Assembly (NCBI GenBank): GCA_963817915.1
Contig: CAWFQL010000017.1
Span: 256,001-320,000, forward strand
DNA from: an uncultured candidate division Zixibacteria bacterium
GTDB lineage: Bacteria > Zixibacteria > MSB-5A5 > UBA10806
Length of the DNA stretch: 64,000 nt
Direction: 5' to 3'
Shown in pieces: positions 61,122 to 64,000 of this stretch (positions are counted from its first letter, which is position 1; each line of letters opens with the position of its first letter). The translations under genes were made by a program, and so were the position numbers. The notes under the pieces are model-generated. The model was not told where the DNA came from. It made no database searches and saw nothing but the letters and a program-made list of their open reading frames with translations.

Positions 61122-62003
61122 ATGCTCCCGCGGGAGATCCTTAAAAAAGTAAAAAAGATTGAGATTAGAACTTCGAGAATGGTCAACGAAGTATTCTCCG
61201 GGGAATATCATTCCATTTTCAAGGGTATCGGAATGGAATTTTCCGAGGTCCGCGAATACCAGCCGGGCGATGACATCCGTAATATCGATTGGAACGTTAC
61301 CGCTCGTTACGGGCATCCATACTTGAAAATATACCGCGAAGAGCGCGAGCTTACAGTCATGTTGGTTGTCGATCTTTCCGCGTCGCAGCGATTCGGCACC
61401 GGCGAGAGATTTAAAACAGAAGCCGCGGCCGAAATTACGGCCGTACTTTCGCTAGCCGCAATCAAGAATAATGATAAGGTAGGCCTTTTGGCATTTACCG
61501 ATCAGATTGAAATCTATATTCCTCCCAAAAAAGGCAAGAACCACGTCCTCCGGCTAATCCGTGAAATTCTCTATTTTAAGCCAAAGGGGAGGGGCACGAA
61601 TACCGCCGCCGCGCTGGAATACCTTCTTGGAGTCGCGAAGAAAAAAAGCGTTATCTTTTTGATTTCAGATTTTCTCGATACCAAATTTGAAAAGCCGCTG
61701 GGAATTATCGCCAAAAAACATGATTTGATCGCTTTGAAGATAAATGATCGTTTGGAGATGTCGTTCCCTAAAGCCGGACTTGTCAGGTTTTATGATCTTG
61801 AAAGTGGCGCGGAGGAATTGATTGATACATCAAGCAAAGGCTTTAAAGAGCAGTTTACTGCCAGGGTACTGGCACGAAACCAGCAATTTGAACGAATGAT
61901 GCTAAAAATGGGAATTGATAGAATTCACATTCCGGCAGGCGGTGATTATTCCAAACCATTGATTAGATTTTTTGAAATGAGAGCTAAAAGGATCAGACAT
62001 TAA
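61122..62003 (+). CDS. DUF58 domain protein
   Basis: GMEFSEVREYQPGDDIRNIDWNVTAR, VDLSAS, ISDF. Confidence 0.9.
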   Translation: MLPREILKKVKKIEIRTSRMVNEVFSGEYHSIFKGIGMEFSEVREYQPGDDIRNIDWNVTARYGHPYLKIYREERELTVMLVVDLSASQRFGTGERFKTEAAAEITAVLSLAAIKNNDKVGLLAFTDQIEIYIPPKKGKNHVLRLIREILYFKPKGRGTNTAAALEYLLGVAKKKSVIFLISDFLDTKFEKPLGIIAKKHDLIALKINDRLEMSFPKAGLVRFYDLESGAEELIDTSSKGFKEQFTARVLARNQQFERMMLKMGIDRIHIPAGGDYSKPLIRFFEMRAKRIRH

Positions 62004-62007
62004 TATC

Positions 62008-63024
62008 ATGATTAAATTGCATCTCAGATGGCTTATTATAAATCCGTTAAAAATATTCTTTAGAATATTCGAGATAAGCTTATTGACATTAGCACTGGTC
62101 ATTGGAATGTATCTGATGGCTCAGACGCAGGATGTCAGTATTAAGGCTTCGATCAAACCGGATAGCCTAACTGTCGGAGACAGGTTTTTGTATGTTAATA
62201 GAATCAGCAATATCGGGTCGAAATCGATAGTTCCAACGACTACAGGCGAGAGCCTTGGCGATGTGACCATTTTATCGAAAATATTTACACTCGATAAGCA
62301 GCCTGCAGGCACAATCGCTTATGCCTGCACCGCGGCGGTCTATAAACCCGGCCAAATTAATATACCGTCATTCAGTTTTGCTGTATCCGATTCTTCTGGA
62401 AAAATTCAGCAGATTCAAGGTGACTCACTCGCAGTTATGATACACAGTATCCTGCCCGCGGATACCGCAGGACTTGATATAGCCGATATCAGGGGGCCGA
62501 GAAAAATTCCAGGGCCGATATGGCCGTATATACTGGCGGTCGCGATTATTGCGCTCGGAATATTCGCCTATATCAAATTGAGAAAGTATTTTACGCGCAA
62601 AATTTCGACTCCGATAATCCCGGGGCGCCCGGCCTGGGATATCGCAATAGAGAAGTTGGATGAATTAAAAAAAGCTCGTCATCGGGATTTTGGGCGTTTC
62701 AAGGAATTTTATTTTGAATTAACCATGATATTGCGCGGTTATATAGAAGGCCGTTATGGAATCCAGGCTGTTGAAAGCACAACATATGAATTAGAAAATG
62801 ATGCCAAATTGGCCGCGATAGAAAATGAGCTTTATAAACGGCTATTTGAGCTTTTCTATCACGCCGATCCTGTTAAATTCGCCAAATCGGTGCCAACTTC
62901 CGAGGAGGCACTTGCAGATATTGAATTCGCTTATGAATTTATATCTAAAACCAAACCAATTGTAGCGACTCAATCGATACAGCCGGAAGATCAGAAAGTG
63001 AATAAGATAGATGTTCAGGTTTAA
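62008..63024 (+). CDS. Bat-operon membrane protein (BatD-like Ig domain plus TM)
   Basis: Ig-like N-terminus, DIADIRGP, TM helix, LRGYIEGRY...ESTTYE, ADPVKFAK; sits between DUF58 and VWA genes. Confidence 0.7.
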   Translation: MIKLHLRWLIINPLKIFFRIFEISLLTLALVIGMYLMAQTQDVSIKASIKPDSLTVGDRFLYVNRISNIGSKSIVPTTTGESLGDVTILSKIFTLDKQPAGTIAYACTAAVYKPGQINIPSFSFAVSDSSGKIQQIQGDSLAVMIHSILPADTAGLDIADIRGPRKIPGPIWPYILAVAIIALGIFAYIKLRKYFTRKISTPIIPGRPAWDIAIEKLDELKKARHRDFGRFKEFYFELTMILRGYIEGRYGIQAVESTTYELENDAKLAAIENELYKRLFELFYHADPVKFAKSVPTSEEALADIEFAYEFISKTKPIVATQSIQPEDQKVNKIDVQV

Positions 63025-64000
63025 AGATCCATTGTGGCTGCTGCTTTTAGTGATACCAGCGGCATATATCTACCTGCGGTATTTCACTAGATATCTGCGC
63101 GCGCCCTCGATGCCCTATCCTGATTTGAATATATTCGAGAAAATCGGCAAATCCTGGCGCACAAGGCTCGTATCGGTTCTTCCCATAATCAAGGCTGCGG
63201 GGCTTTCTATTTTGATAGTAGCCATGGCAAGACCTCAATCCGGTTATGGACAAAATAAGCAGTCGGTCGAAGGAGTCGATATCATGCTGGCGCTGGATAT
63301 CTCCGGGAGTATGCGATCAGAGGATTTCAAGCCTAAGAATCGACTTTATGTATCCAAAGAAGTAATCAGAAAATTCATCGAAGGAAGAGAAACTGACCGG
63401 CTCGGACTGGTGGTTTTCGCGCGAAGGAGCTTTACCCAGTGTCCATTGACAACGGACTATGAACTTCTCAAGAGCCTGCTTGACCGCGTCGATTTTGGGA
63501 TGGTTGAAGATAAAACGGCAATCGGTCTGGCGATAGCCAATGCCGCCAATCGTTTGAAAGATTCACAGGCGAAATCGAAAATTATAATTCTGCTAACTGA
63601 CGGTGTTAATAATGTCGACGATCTCAGTCCGATAGACGCCGCCAAGGCCGCCGCGGCATTGGGTATCAAAATATATGCAGTGGGCGCAGGTCGGCCCGGC
63701 CTGGTTGATATTCCAATCGATAACGGCTTCGGGGGATTTCGCTATGTTCAGATGCAGTCCGAAATCGACGAAGAGACCTTAAATGAAATCGCGGATATCA
63801 CTGGCGGGAAATTCTACCGTGCAAAAGACGAGACCGCACTGCAAAATATCTACGATGAAATATCGAAGCTTGAAAAAACGAAAATAGAAGTGCACAGATA
63901 TTATCGCTATGATGAATTGTTCGGGCAATTCCTGATAGCGGGACTGTCATTATTGATGATAGAGTTTCTGCTATCAAAAACAATCCTCGGAGGTTTGCCG
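63011..64000 (+). CDS. batA: BatA-like VWA domain protein (stop lies beyond the window)
   Basis: MFRFKDPLWLLLL, AMARPQ, DIMLALDISGSM (MIDAS), FTQCPLTTD, TAIGLA, LLTDGVNN; 330 codons open to the end. Confidence 0.88.
   Translation, partial: MFRFKDPLWLLLLVIPAAYIYLRYFTRYLRAPSMPYPDLNIFEKIGKSWRTRLVSVLPIIKAAGLSILIVAMARPQSGYGQNKQSVEGVDIMLALDISGSMRSEDFKPKNRLYVSKEVIRKFIEGRETDRLGLVVFARRSFTQCPLTTDYELLKSLLDRVDFGMVEDKTAIGLAIANAANRLKDSQAKSKIIILLTDGVNNVDDLSPIDAAKAAAALGIKIYAVGAGRPGLVDIPIDNGFGGFRYVQMQSEIDEETLNEIADITGGKFYRAKDETALQNIYDEISKLEKTKIEVHRYYRYDELFGQFLIAGLSLLMIEFLLSKTILGGLP

Noticed and set aside
1..64000. CRISPR arrays, tRNA/rRNA genes, IS elements, prophage or defence genes
   Set aside because: No regularly spaced repeats, cloverleaf or rRNA signatures, transposases, integrases or phage-like ORFs were recognised; intergenic gaps are short.

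Overview
Bacterial genomic window of about 44-46% GC (estimated by eye). The gene content suggests the FCB superphylum, Zixibacteria-like (inference from T9SS-type C-terminal sorting domains, porU/porV and dockerin-tailed proteins). The left part (1-14.4 kb, mostly minus strand) holds a TPR lipoprotein, an unannotated HMA-domain ORF with an in-frame UGA in its CxxC motif followed by a SECIS-like hairpin (candidate selenoprotein), and a TehB-like methyltransferase. It continues with a T9SS cargo protein, methylmalonyl-CoA epimerase and mutase, glutamate dehydrogenase, two tandem-duplicated FG-GAP/dockerin genes, NDH-2, an HI0933 flavoprotein and malic enzyme. The right part is all plus strand: fba-pgi-glgP, two secreted CTD proteins, lptD-like, HU, ftsK-lolA-rimO-slt-bamD-nadD-polA-coaE, DUF554 and a second class II aldolase. 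Next comes an 18 kb T9SS attachment/envelope cluster (PorU, a PorV with a large propeller/LysM insertion, M6 protease, two paralogous membrane proteins, NHL lipoprotein, large beta-barrel, Omp85, DGGGPS-like UbiA), then the start of a moxR-bat operon. About ten small frameshifts, including in polA, nadD and lptD, are most likely sequencing or assembly indels. No rRNA, tRNA, CRISPR array or mobile element was recognised.
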